Origin: a virus
Taxonomy: Duplodnaviria; Heunggongvirae; Uroviricota; Caudoviricetes
DNA length: 64,000 nt
IMG/VR virus record: IMGVR_UViG_3300028454_000679
Reading direction: 5' to 3' (one strand)
Within the stretch, counting starts at the first letter, position 1. Each line of letters starts with the position of its first letter. The notes under the pieces were generated by a model. It had not been told where the DNA came from and ran no database searches. It worked only from the letters and a program-made list of their open reading frames with translations. Position numbers and translations under genes: made by a program. This document shows positions 10,531 to 20,234 of the stretch, in pieces.

Positions 10531-10559
10531 ATTCTAACAACTTATTGTTGGAAAGTAAA
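10531..10559 (-). promoter_or_regulatory. sigmaA-type promoter (diverged repeat copy)
   Basis: Minus strand TTTACT-N17-TAGAAT next to the shared tttctttgtagccaagtgatg block. Confidence 0.5.
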
Positions 10560-10591
10560 GGTTTCTTTGTAGCCAAGTGATGATAGATAAA

Positions 10592-10621
10592 GGGTGTATA
10601 GGATTTGACCCCTATACACCC
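10592..10621 (-). terminator. Repeated terminator, family A (perfect copy)
   Basis: gggtgtatagg-atttgacc-cctatacaccc. Confidence 0.8.
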
Positions 10622-10650
10622 TGGTTAGTTTTGATTTGAATAGAGAGTAA

Positions 10651-10693
10651 TTTGTCTAATAAATCTGCCACAAGTCCACCTCTCTAAAGTTGT
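10651..10693. repeat. 43-nt direct repeat, copy 2
   Basis: Matches 9202-9244 at 41/43. Confidence 0.85.
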
Positions 10694-10845
10694 CTAGCAA
10701 TTTCAACTTTTTGAGCCTGCTGAGCCGACACTTTTTGGATTTCTTTGCTTTTTCTATCCATTTTACCACATTTCGCACATACTTCAGCCTCAAAATATGG
10801 ATCATAATTCATAATACTCCCACATGCTGTACATATCTTACACAT
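10684..10845 (-). CDS. 53-aa zinc-ribbon protein (absent from the ORF track)
   Basis: GGAGGTG RBS; MCKICTACGSIMNYDPYFEAEVCAKCGKMDRKSKEIQKVSAQQAQKVEIARQL*, two CxxC pairs. Confidence 0.7.
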   Translation of the reverse strand: MCKICTACGSIMNYDPYFEAEVCAKCGKMDRKSKEIQKVSAQQAQKVEIARQL

Positions 10846-10997
10846 TAAAACAACACCTCCATTGCCCTACAATATCCATTATACATAATACCTCAAATGG
10901 CGCCTTTGAATGCTTAAATAGTGTTGCAGGCAGTTGCGTAAGGATGTATGACAAGTTTGTCTACTCAAATCTTTGTGCAGTAGACACATAAATACAA

Positions 10998-11021
10998 AGA
11001 GGGAGAGCGAACTCTCCCTCT
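10998..11021 (-). terminator. Terminator hairpin
   Basis: agagggagag-cgaa-ctctccctct after the 11034 stop. Confidence 0.65.
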
Positions 11022-11033
11022 GCTTGTGATTAA

Positions 11034-11609
11034 CTACTCTTCGGAGTCATGATCTACTTCCCCGACTGTGTATGGGTCATACTCTGTAAGTTTGATAAGT
11101 GGGTCAAGCGCATCTGCAAGTGCTTGTGCACCTATTGCAATCTCCTCACGCAACTTCTTTTCTCTCTCAGTGTAGTGACCATCCCAATTAGGTAAAGAAT
11201 ACGTATTATAGTGAAACTTGGTTATAATTGGTGCGATCACTTCACGCCCTGTTGCCTTATTAACAACTGTACGCTCTAGACTCACCTCAACCTCATCAGC
11301 CAATACTGCCAATGCCTCGTAAATATCGGTTATAGCTTTTCTTGTGGATGCTAAGCAAGCAGCTTCAACCCAAGATTCACCTTCCCGATAGTCCTCACTG
11401 AGAATAGTATCGGTTTTAAAAATTGGATAGTACTCACACCCCGCAACCTTATTTATGGTATTATAAACTTTCTCTAATTTCTGATGGTCCAGTGTATTGC
11501 ACATTTGCTTTTGAATAATGGACTCCTTTAATGCTGCAAGAGTCACATTATGTTGCTTCTTATTTGCTACTTTAGCTTTTTTAAAAACGTCGCTATTGCT
11601 TATTGTCAT
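11034..11609 (-). CDS. Hypothetical protein
   Basis: 191 aa, GGAGGT RBS, own terminator. Confidence 0.7.
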   Translation of the reverse strand: MTISNSDVFKKAKVANKKQHNVTLAALKESIIQKQMCNTLDHQKLEKVYNTINKVAGCEYYPIFKTDTILSEDYREGESWVEAACLASTRKAITDIYEALAVLADEVEVSLERTVVNKATGREVIAPIITKFHYNTYSLPNWDGHYTEREKKLREEIAIGAQALADALDPLIKLTEYDPYTVGEVDHDSEE

Positions 11610-11767
11610 GTTATGACCTCCTGATGGTTGATTTGATAATACTACACATAATTATAGTGTTATTTTGAGTCCAAATTTGTATCTGGCACTGCCTGTAAAT
11701 TCGAAGAAAGTTATATGACATGGCGCTAAAGTAACTTGATATCGGAAAACGTCAAGCGATAAAGTAC

Positions 11768-12919
11768 TTAATAAGTGCGAAATATACCACTCTGGTTTAC
11801 TATGTTCTCGCCAGTTGCGATACTACCACTACACCTTGGAACCCCCATTTTCTCAAAATTAAAAGGTATTATAACATTAACAAAATTATCCATAATGTCA
11901 AAAGCCTGTTTTCCGTAATCCTTTATAATAAGTGGGATACCATGTCCGGTCTGCTCTACATATCCAAGTTGTCCAAAAATCTTTTGGAGTTTAGCATTTA
12001 CTGGTCGACTTATTCCTCTGTAAAACTCATCTTTCTCTAAATCAACTGGCAATCCACCAGTTGAAATAATTTCTATCCTATTAGAGAAAACATAAACTGC
12101 AGGTGGGTTCAGCCGTTCCCACTTTGTATGAATACAAGCGTTTAACCAAGCCTCTCTAAAGGCTGACTGACTAAACAATGATTCTTCTACACGTCTCGCT
12201 GAATCAAGATTAACTTTTGTTTCGTTAATAGACTCCACATAATCCAAAACTTTATTCACAGCCAGGATAAGACATGTTTCACCAAATTCTTTTCTCATAG
12301 TCATTTTAGTCTTATCCCTACCTTCAAAAGTTACTACTTTTATGGATACATCATTTGAATCCGCCAATAGAAAAGCCATTAGATTGTAATTACCATCACT
12401 GTTTCGTAAACCAAGGTTTTCTTCAAAGGTCTCCTGACTGATTGTAAGACCTGCATTTGCATACTCCATTCTTAATTTGTTAAAAGTTAGGGATTGCGTT
12501 TGTGCAGGAGTAATAGTTATGGTATCGCTTGAAACTTGCTTATCTAGGAATTCCTTAAGCATTGATGGATTTAAGATTAAATCCTCATCAGCTGATCGTA
12601 TATAATAACGACCATAGGCAGAGTAAGGTCTTTCTGTTCCATGAACATCAATCTTGATCACATCCCTATCATCAAGTAAGCTATGTTCAATTGTTGGTAT
12701 AACTTGAGGAGAAATATGTCTGCTAATAGCCTGAGATATGTCCCTAAGCGTCCTCTCCCCTATTGGTTGCCCAAGTACTTCGCCATCATCTTTAACACCA
12801 AAGTACAGTGTACCATATCCGTGTTTGTTCAACATAGAAGCTAAGGATATTATACCTTTGTTTAATTCCCCTGTTGTTTTTTTAAATTCAAGCTTTTCTG
12901 TTTCTACACCAATATTCAC
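11768..12919 (-). CDS. AlbA_2 (Schlafen-like) DNA-binding domain plus HATPase_c_4 (RecG-C-like) protein
   Basis: ETEKLEFKK...SLASMLN...GTLYFGVKDDG N-terminus; REAWLNACIH...RIEIISTGGLP...EQTGHGI C-terminal half. Confidence 0.8.
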   Translation of the reverse strand: MNIGVETEKLEFKKTTGELNKGIISLASMLNKHGYGTLYFGVKDDGEVLGQPIGERTLRDISQAISRHISPQVIPTIEHSLLDDRDVIKIDVHGTERPYSAYGRYYIRSADEDLILNPSMLKEFLDKQVSSDTITITPAQTQSLTFNKLRMEYANAGLTISQETFEENLGLRNSDGNYNLMAFLLADSNDVSIKVVTFEGRDKTKMTMRKEFGETCLILAVNKVLDYVESINETKVNLDSARRVEESLFSQSAFREAWLNACIHTKWERLNPPAVYVFSNRIEIISTGGLPVDLEKDEFYRGISRPVNAKLQKIFGQLGYVEQTGHGIPLIIKDYGKQAFDIMDNFVNVIIPFNFEKMGVPRCSGSIATGENIVNQSGIFRTY

Positions 12920-12972
12920 AGTTGCACCTCCTCAGTTGGATAGTAATTAGTTATTACCCCTTGCTCTTTTTT

Positions 12973-13001
12973 ATTCTACACTACATTATAGGAAATTGGA
13001 A
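12973..13001 (-). promoter_or_regulatory. sigmaA-type promoter (repeat copy)
   Basis: Minus strand TTCCAA-N17-TAGAAT within the same gctcttttttattctacacta block as 1572 and 21412. Confidence 0.6.
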
Positions 13002-13166
13002 GCGGTTTCTTTGTTGCCAGATGGTGGTGGGTAAATTGCAACAAAAAAATATGTAAAGATTATGCTCTGCACACCCATCCTGTAAATCTGGCTCTACAAA
13101 ATCATATCCAAGATTAAAATGACAGCTAACTATCAGCTTAATCTTGAGTATGGGTATATTTGCAAA

Positions 13167-13188
13167 AAGGGGAGCCTTGGCTCCCCTT
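13167..13188 (-). terminator. Terminator after cold-shock gene
   Basis: aaggggagcc-tt-ggctcccctt with U-tract on the minus strand. Confidence 0.7.
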
Positions 13189-13199
13189 CAGGTGTTTGA

Positions 13200-13406
13200 T
13201 TAGTCTAATACTGTTACATTGGTTGCAATACGACCACGAGAATTTGTTGATTCTTCATACTCAACATTCATACCCTGGTCAAGGCTTCTATAACCGTCAG
13301 CATTGATTCCGGTAAAGTGTACAAAGATATCTTTACCATCTTCATCGCCGATTATGTAGCCATAACCTTTTTCAGCACTGAACCACTTAACAACTCCATG
13401 CTTCAA
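13200..13406 (-). CDS. csp: Cold-shock domain protein
   Basis: GVVKWFSAEKGYGYI (RNP1) and DIFVHF (RNP2); TTG start behind AGGAGG. Confidence 0.92.
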   Translation of the reverse strand: MKHGVVKWFSAEKGYGYIIGDEDGKDIFVHFTGINADGYRSLDQGMNVEYEESTNSRGRIATNVTVLD

Positions 13407-13430
13407 TGTTGTAATCCTCCTTCTTAAATT

Positions 13431-16400
13431 CTAATGTGTTCCACCCGATGTATAGGCGGACTTGGCGGAAGCATCTCTGCTTTCTTTAATATCATACATG
13501 ACAACATCACCGGTCTTAAAATTCCAGTGCTTGCCATCGATATCCTTTTTGTCAACTTGGAATCCTTCATGATTCCACATATTACAGGTTCCTAAAGTTA
13601 CCAAGTCATAAGGTACTGTGCCACCGTAACCAGAGGTGTCCAGACCTGTACCATAGTGTAGACCGAACTCCTCACCGTAAGCATTACCATAATCCTTGTA
13701 GGTATTATCGTAACCAATATACGGTTTGCCACCATCGTTAGCAATAATCTCAAAGTTCACTACAAGGTAGCCATCCTGTTTCCAGATACTCTCCTTGCCT
13801 GTAAACTCATCTGAAGTTGCTGTTTTGACTTGGGCATCTGTTGCATCAGTTACGTAAATATCTGAAGGCAAGTAGTACTCACCATACCAATCCTGTACAG
13901 AGGTGTAAATATCATTCCTTGTGACGACACTACCCTCGGAGGCGTAAACCTTACCCTGCTCTCCAAATTGTGCGACTGCCTCTTTAAGACTTGTAAAGGT
14001 CTCTTGTGGAGCATTGAGTCCAAAGTCAGCTTTGGAAGCATTTACATCAAAGTCAGCTCTCTCGCCACCTACAAGATTGCTCTTATGATACCAACCATCG
14101 TAGGTGTGCAGAGTCCACGGTAAGTGGATAGTACTTGGGCAGAACAACTCTGTCTTGATACTGGTAAACTTCTCTGTCTCAGCATAACCATTGGCTTTGG
14201 CGGTACTATCAAGTGTATCCTGTCCAATACCGTACTGACTGATTGAGAATGGTTTACGGTTGGTTTTATCCAGAGAACTACCTACTTTAACAAGATGCTT
14301 GTAACTATCGCCTATCTTATCATTGTAGTAAACTGACACACTGGTACGATTCTTACCATCCTTATCAACCCATGAGAACTTAGGTACAATAGTAATACTA
14401 TCATTCTTATCCTCAAAGTCTCCTACGGTCTCAAAACTGTACCGGAAGGCATAACCTGTATTGAGTGCGGTCTGATTCGGATGCTCGTCGTTAGTTCCAG
14501 TCACAGGCACAAGGGTTTGCAGTGGGTCAGAGTAGCGTTGGAAATCATCCCTGTCGTAAAGACCGGAGTGCAAAGAGTTCCAACGAAGTTTACCCTCGCT
14601 ATCCCTAAACTCCTTCTTCCATACCGGGTAGTCGGTAATATCATCAATCTTAAAGTTGTAGATACGACCAGTTAGTGCCCAGTCTTCGGTAGTGGTGCCG
14701 ACATAATTGTCATTCTGCAGGTTAGCAACATCCTCCACCCTGCTTACACGTTTCTTATAAAAGATTTGTGTATTCCTATCCGTTGAAGTTACGCCTGTGG
14801 CAACAGATTTGTCGTAAGCATCTGTTATCCAACTGTTTTCTGCACGTGTTTGATATGTTACCGTAGCGGAGTCAACCATATGGTCAGTCGTCGGAAGATA
14901 GAACAGAGTGTCTCCCAAACGGCATGGAATCCAGACATTCGGATTGTAGTAAGACCACTTTCCACTGTCTTGGCGTAAAACTGCAAAGTCAAACCTAACA
15001 TAGCCTACTTTGCAAATCTGACCATCCACAACACCGTCATTTAAGTATCGGGAGTAGTCCTGCTCACCGTAACCTGGGTCGTCAATATTGTCACCTGTTG
15101 CGTCAATATGGACATAGAACCAACGGTCAAGAGGAAGTCCCGGCTTGTAATCCAAGGTCTGTACCTGAGATTGGTCAGAGATAATCCAAGCATTACAAAC
15201 GGTTGGTGTATGAACTCTCACATCATTGACAGGTACGGCGTATGCGTAGTCATTATGGAAAAACTTCTCCTGCTTCGGTGATGATACTGCAACACCCTGA
15301 TGCCCTCTAGGTGACAAGGTGTAATGAACTGTTGCTGTAGGGTCGTAGTAATCCACACCACCATGTGCAGCGTCGTTATCACCCCAGTAAATATCTGCTT
15401 TATTACCAAGACTGTACTTACTTGCGTAATAATTGGAATTATGCAAGCCGTTGTAACTGTCTTTCGGAATCTTGATACCATCCTTAACAAGGTACTTCTT
15501 ATCGCAAGGGTCAGACAGTTTCTTAAGCCAGCCAGGAACGTAACAATACTTGTAAGTAGTCTGATTTGCTAAAGACTGTGTATGTCCCTCACCATCGTTG
15601 AAGATAATCTTACCATTCTGAGCAGCCTCATCATTGGCGATTGCTTGGTTGATACGGGCATCCGCTTCGGCTTTGGTGTATAATGGATCTTTTTTACAGT
15701 TATTGCACCAGAAGCACTTCCAACGGTCTGCAAGGTACGGAACCACGCATTTTCGGTCATCGTCCTGTGTCTTTCCACCACCGCTGCAGCCAGGATTACC
15801 ACCACCTGCTGAAGGAGATACCCACCATACAGCGTGGTTTGACGGCTCCCAGGAGTGCCCCTTTGTGTAAGAGAATCCAAGATTCTGCTTCCAAGAGATT
15901 GGTTCACCTTGTCCACCCTTGTCATGTTCAAAAACAGTCTGCTGTCCCGGGTCACCTAAAACATCATTCCAAACAGTGTAGTCGGACGGATAGTAGGCGG
16001 CACCATCAGCTAGTTCATAGTAAATAGTGTCACGTTTCTGCTCACCTGTGATGGTGTAAATATGCTTTTCCCAGTTGCATTGACAGCCACCTGAGTGATG
16101 ATGATACCAGGTGTAAGAACCATTCTTAGTGACCACAACGTGTCCCTGACAGTCTGGACATACACCACTATCATTGCAATCCAGAATCTGTTTACACTCA
16201 GCACGGCACGTTTTGGTATGCTGGTGGCATTCCCATCGTACATAGGTAAAGGTTCCGGAGTAACGGTACGTAGTCTTAATCTTCTTAATCTCGATATTGA
16301 CCTCATACTTGTTCAGTTCCCCGTAGGTCTTTAAATACTCCGAGGTTGCAATATTCTTCTCAGCGTCAAAGGTATTGCCGTTTTTGTCCTTAGAGCTTCG

Positions 16401-19400
16401 CTTCTCGTCGGTTTTGATGGATATCTTGGCATTCCGCTGCATGCCAACTAAAGGTAAAGCCACGTCGGAGGTTTTGGAGTAAATCCAGGGTTGTCCATCA
16501 TTGTAGTCCCATCGTTCATCCATATACGTCCATGGCTTGCCTTGGTGGTTATGATAATAGGACTTATTCGCTGTACCGTACTTCTCTAACTTGGAAAGGT
16601 CGAAGTAGGTCACCTCTGTTTTGGTTTGACGAGAACCATTGAAGTCATTATGTCCACTATGGATAACAGTTGGGTTATCCGATAAGTTTGGTCCGGGGAA
16701 GCCTGGGTCGTTGTCTGTGTAAGTCTTTTCCTGTAAAGGAGGTTGTCCCGGATGATAGGTTGGTGTAATCGACTGTGGCTCTGTGGACTCGAACGGTTCA
16801 GGTTCTGTTGGCGGTGGGACTGAGTTGTCCTCTTCTGAATCCGCAAGTAAGAAAAGAACTGCTAAAGTGGAACGCTTCGGCATAATAAAGCTGTCACCAT
16901 TTTCAAAAGGTTTGCCATTTCTGCGCCAGGAATCAATTTCTTCTGTAGTAAAGTTGTAATTATCCTCTTTATGACTATGTGAGGTGCTGGTGGAGCCGGA
17001 GGTATCAGAGGAGTCGTCATCGTCATCGTCGAAGTCTGTATCATCATCTACATCGTTTACAATTCCAGGCTCATCATCAACTTCTCCCTCACCCTCGTCT
17101 TCATCTGTATCAGCAACATCACTATTGTCCTCACTTCCTTCGTCAGTGTCATCAGCATCAACATCGACGGCGTCATCTTCGTCCCCCAGATCCACAGCAA
17201 GATCATCCGAATCAGGTTCACCATCACTAAATTCACCGTCATCCTCGTCATTATCATCAATGTCTTCATTTTTGTAATTCTTGTAGGCATCACCGGTGAA
17301 GGGTTCGCCGTCGTAGTCCTCTACCTTCCACTTATCCACATAACGTGCAACTTTGCTGACTGGGGCGGAGTTTGGAAGAAGCTCTCGCTTTACAACAGTG
17401 CCATTCTTCTTTGTCTCCTTAATACCTGTAACAGTATATTTGGAGATGTCGCCGAAGTTTGGCTTTACTGTGGCACCATTTAAATAGTAGGTAGGTTTTG
17501 TAAAACCAAGTTCCTTCTTCCAATAGTAGGTTCCATCCTCTTTGTAATGCTGTGTAAAGACAGCTGTTACAACTGGAGGGACAATAGCATAAAAGAGGTC
17601 TTCGGTGTGGCCCTTTGTGCAATGCTTTTTCAGTGGTGTAATCCACTGGTCAGTTGCATCAAGGGACTTATTCCATGGAGAGTCTGCCGAAAGCTTTATG
17701 GCGTCGACTTTCGTAAACTCAGAACCCTTCATCTTCACACTCTGAATATTGTAGCCATGCAGGGAGTAAACGATACCGTTCTCGTCATAGTTATCCTCCC
17801 GTATCTTTGCCGGGAAGTCTTCGTTACCCAGATCGTCTCTCTCGAAAGACTTAATAAGCTTATGCGACTGTGGAAGTTTCACCCCAATAGGGAGTTCAAG
17901 TTTTGGTGTCTTGCCTGGGTCTTTGATACGCGGTAAAGATTTAATGCTGGTAATGGAAGTGTTGTCGCCGAGATACCAGCATTTGAAGGCTTTTGGCTTC
18001 ATTTGATTTGTTGGTGGTTTTGCACCAAGGTAGTAAAGGGTGACGACATACTGCGGAAATTTATTGGAATTTTTATCAATAAAGGAATGCTCGTAATCCC
18101 AAAACTTCATACCAGTTTTTGCTATAACAAAGTTTATATTAGTGTTTGACATTTTTCTCTCTCGATTTATAAAAGAGTCGAATTCTTCACTTGTTATATC
18201 CTCACTGATATTCAGATAATCCTCATCCCAGTCTCGATCAATCATCTTCCCATTTTTATTTTTATAAAACTCAGGATAAAGTCTATATGTCCATCCCTTG
18301 TATTTGTCCTGTTTTACATAGAGTTTCTTACCGTCGCTAATCCATTTAGCATTTTCCTCACTTATCATTGCATCACCATTATAGTAATACGCCCAATGAC
18401 CATACAATGGGTAACTGGGAAATGTTGACCCGTAATCAGGATCCTTACAATAAGCCATATCTTCGATAGCCTTTGGATAAAGTGTTCTGGAGTACTTTTT
18501 CGTTTTATTTGAAGAACTCGGTGAAAAATCATTCAAGTTAGATACACATGCATCTATTCCAACAGGGATGTACTCCTTCTTCCCATCCTCCAGCTTCTTA
18601 TTGTCCAGTTTGTCTAATGGACCATTCTTAGTTTCAACATACTTTTTAAATGATCTAATCAGATATCTAATGTTCCTATGTTTTGGGTCTGCTGAGAGTT
18701 TTGTATCTGGTAAGGTCTTCTCCTGAACTTTCTCGCCATCTTTTTGCCATCTAACTTTAACTGTCCAATCTAGCTCCTTCGCTGTCTTTACACTCCTTGA
18801 CTGAAAATACTGGGCATCGTAAACAAGCTGCCCACTGGTGGTTACCTGTATTTTATCATCACCATAAATCTTCTTGTCTGAGTGATATCTCTTGTCATTC
18901 TTTTTAAGATATGCCAAGAAATTCTTGTCAAGCTTTATAACCTTATTGGTCGAGAGGTCAACAGCTCGAATACGCACTGTTGGAAAGAGAGGAATCAAAA
19001 TAGGCTGATTCCATGCTCTAGTAATCTCACCTTTTGAAGTCGTAAGATTGTGAGCATCAGTATACTCATAATAAGGATGTGGTTCCTTTGGTTTACTTTT
19101 AACCTGTGTTTTCTTAGCAGGAATCGCATGTATGTACGCCTTAACATACCCAAATGGGTAGCGCTTCTGAAGTTCCGTCTTTGTTAATCCATTTGTACCA
19201 TTCTTCGGATAGTTCTTTGGTGAAACCTTTTTATAGTTATTCTCCATTACCTGACCCATTAGACAATTGCTGGTGTCCTTAGGATTGTACAAACAATGAT
19301 AGTGTAATACAACACCATAGTCATTTCGGCGTTTTTTAGGATCCTTCCAAATCTGTGTATGTCCACAAACAGTCTTAGGGTTTGTATGCAGACTTGGTAA

Positions 19401-20012
19401 ATTGACATACAAGCCACTGCCAGACTTTTGTTTTTCTGTACTAGAATATTTTCCAAGGCCATTTGTTGTAAGATTAACATAAAAATGTTTCTTACCCTTA
19501 GTTAAGTCATCTCCTAATTTGACTTTTTCGGAAGTTACAACATAACCGCATGTCTCCCAGCTACCGGAGTGTGTATTAAATTTGTGATTATCCACAGATT
19601 TTACGCCATCCGTTGCTGGGTCAGTCAAGTCATTAACAATAATCCAGCAAAGGTAGAATGCATAAGAATCTCCCATCTTTTTCTTCACAATAAAAGTCTT
19701 TTTGTTCTTAACTACTCCGGGGATACTGTCGTTCAAGTACACGTATTTTTTGTTCTTTTTCTTAAGTAGAAATTTCCTGCCTCTGTACACACGCTGCACG
19801 ACGGTCTCGTTATCCTTGCAGGTTAGTTCAGCATTCCACCAACCATAAATATTCTTATTTTTATTTGTTCCCTTGGCTTTCCCTTTCTGCTTTCCCTTGG
19901 AGGCCGCCTTGACTGTTTTTGCAGTTTGTGCAGGTATTAGTGGTTCTGCTATTGGTATTGTCATAGAGACTATCAATAGAAATACTAGCAAATGCTTAAA
20001 ATATTTTCGCAT
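13431..20012 (-). CDS. Very large secreted/surface protein (2193 aa)
   Basis: Signal peptide, Lys-rich N-terminus, long Asp/Glu tract, Cys/His-rich segment, C-terminus ending GGTH (recalls DUF5704-type proteins of Firmicutes Tad-like loci; not verified). Confidence 0.85.
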   Translation of the reverse strand: MRKYFKHLLVFLLIVSMTIPIAEPLIPAQTAKTVKAASKGKQKGKAKGTNKNKNIYGWWNAELTCKDNETVVQRVYRGRKFLLKKKNKKYVYLNDSIPGVVKNKKTFIVKKKMGDSYAFYLCWIIVNDLTDPATDGVKSVDNHKFNTHSGSWETCGYVVTSEKVKLGDDLTKGKKHFYVNLTTNGLGKYSSTEKQKSGSGLYVNLPSLHTNPKTVCGHTQIWKDPKKRRNDYGVVLHYHCLYNPKDTSNCLMGQVMENNYKKVSPKNYPKNGTNGLTKTELQKRYPFGYVKAYIHAIPAKKTQVKSKPKEPHPYYEYTDAHNLTTSKGEITRAWNQPILIPLFPTVRIRAVDLSTNKVIKLDKNFLAYLKKNDKRYHSDKKIYGDDKIQVTTSGQLVYDAQYFQSRSVKTAKELDWTVKVRWQKDGEKVQEKTLPDTKLSADPKHRNIRYLIRSFKKYVETKNGPLDKLDNKKLEDGKKEYIPVGIDACVSNLNDFSPSSSNKTKKYSRTLYPKAIEDMAYCKDPDYGSTFPSYPLYGHWAYYYNGDAMISEENAKWISDGKKLYVKQDKYKGWTYRLYPEFYKNKNGKMIDRDWDEDYLNISEDITSEEFDSFINRERKMSNTNINFVIAKTGMKFWDYEHSFIDKNSNKFPQYVVTLYYLGAKPPTNQMKPKAFKCWYLGDNTSITSIKSLPRIKDPGKTPKLELPIGVKLPQSHKLIKSFERDDLGNEDFPAKIREDNYDENGIVYSLHGYNIQSVKMKGSEFTKVDAIKLSADSPWNKSLDATDQWITPLKKHCTKGHTEDLFYAIVPPVVTAVFTQHYKEDGTYYWKKELGFTKPTYYLNGATVKPNFGDISKYTVTGIKETKKNGTVVKRELLPNSAPVSKVARYVDKWKVEDYDGEPFTGDAYKNYKNEDIDDNDEDDGEFSDGEPDSDDLAVDLGDEDDAVDVDADDTDEGSEDNSDVADTDEDEGEGEVDDEPGIVNDVDDDTDFDDDDDDSSDTSGSTSTSHSHKEDNYNFTTEEIDSWRRNGKPFENGDSFIMPKRSTLAVLFLLADSEEDNSVPPPTEPEPFESTEPQSITPTYHPGQPPLQEKTYTDNDPGFPGPNLSDNPTVIHSGHNDFNGSRQTKTEVTYFDLSKLEKYGTANKSYYHNHQGKPWTYMDERWDYNDGQPWIYSKTSDVALPLVGMQRNAKISIKTDEKRSSKDKNGNTFDAEKNIATSEYLKTYGELNKYEVNIEIKKIKTTYRYSGTFTYVRWECHQHTKTCRAECKQILDCNDSGVCPDCQGHVVVTKNGSYTWYHHHSGGCQCNWEKHIYTITGEQKRDTIYYELADGAAYYPSDYTVWNDVLGDPGQQTVFEHDKGGQGEPISWKQNLGFSYTKGHSWEPSNHAVWWVSPSAGGGNPGCSGGGKTQDDDRKCVVPYLADRWKCFWCNNCKKDPLYTKAEADARINQAIANDEAAQNGKIIFNDGEGHTQSLANQTTYKYCYVPGWLKKLSDPCDKKYLVKDGIKIPKDSYNGLHNSNYYASKYSLGNKADIYWGDNDAAHGGVDYYDPTATVHYTLSPRGHQGVAVSSPKQEKFFHNDYAYAVPVNDVRVHTPTVCNAWIISDQSQVQTLDYKPGLPLDRWFYVHIDATGDNIDDPGYGEQDYSRYLNDGVVDGQICKVGYVRFDFAVLRQDSGKWSYYNPNVWIPCRLGDTLFYLPTTDHMVDSATVTYQTRAENSWITDAYDKSVATGVTSTDRNTQIFYKKRVSRVEDVANLQNDNYVGTTTEDWALTGRIYNFKIDDITDYPVWKKEFRDSEGKLRWNSLHSGLYDRDDFQRYSDPLQTLVPVTGTNDEHPNQTALNTGYAFRYSFETVGDFEDKNDSITIVPKFSWVDKDGKNRTSVSVYYNDKIGDSYKHLVKVGSSLDKTNRKPFSISQYGIGQDTLDSTAKANGYAETEKFTSIKTELFCPSTIHLPWTLHTYDGWYHKSNLVGGERADFDVNASKADFGLNAPQETFTSLKEAVAQFGEQGKVYASEGSVVTRNDIYTSVQDWYGEYYLPSDIYVTDATDAQVKTATSDEFTGKESIWKQDGYLVVNFEIIANDGGKPYIGYDNTYKDYGNAYGEEFGLHYGTGLDTSGYGGTVPYDLVTLGTCNMWNHEGFQVDKKDIDGKHWNFKTGDVVMYDIKESRDASAKSAYTSGGTH

Positions 20013-20046
20013 TTTGTGTCCTTTCTCCAGATTTTCTGGTGTTTTG

Positions 20047-20066
20047 GACTTTTCCTAGGAAAAGTC
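20047..20066. promoter_or_regulatory. Perfect 20-bp palindrome upstream of the giant gene; candidate operator
   Basis: gacttttcct|aggaaaagtc, no spacer. Confidence 0.4.
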
Positions 20067-20106
20067 ACTGGTTTTGGTTTTTCTTTGATAAAGTTGCTAT
20101 AACCGC

Positions 20107-20163
20107 AAAAAGGAGACTATGAAATTTTTAAGGGTTTAAAATTCCTTAAATTCATAGTCTCCT
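20107..20163 (-). terminator. Long-stem terminator, family B copy 2
   Basis: Near-identical to 1693-1749. Confidence 0.65.
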
Positions 20164-20234
20164 GTAATACTATTGCTCTGACACACTGGGTGTATTGGTT
20201 TCATAATTTGTAATGATTAAACTTCTACTACTCC

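Noticed and set aside
10897-11730. Inverted att-like sites flanking the 191-aa gene
   Set aside because: Only an 8-nt core (caggcagt) and a 7-nt atggcgc match; compatible with chance.
13102-13153. Imperfect hairpin between csp terminator and next promoter, and similar ones near 4901, 35654 and 43237
   Set aside because: Short or imperfect stems in AT-rich DNA with no shared sequence; insufficient evidence for function.
14481-17936. Numerous plus-strand and off-frame ORFs inside the giant gene (and similar short ORFs throughout)
   Set aside because: Shadows of long minus-strand genes, lacking RBSs; Ser-rich ones mirror the acidic tract.
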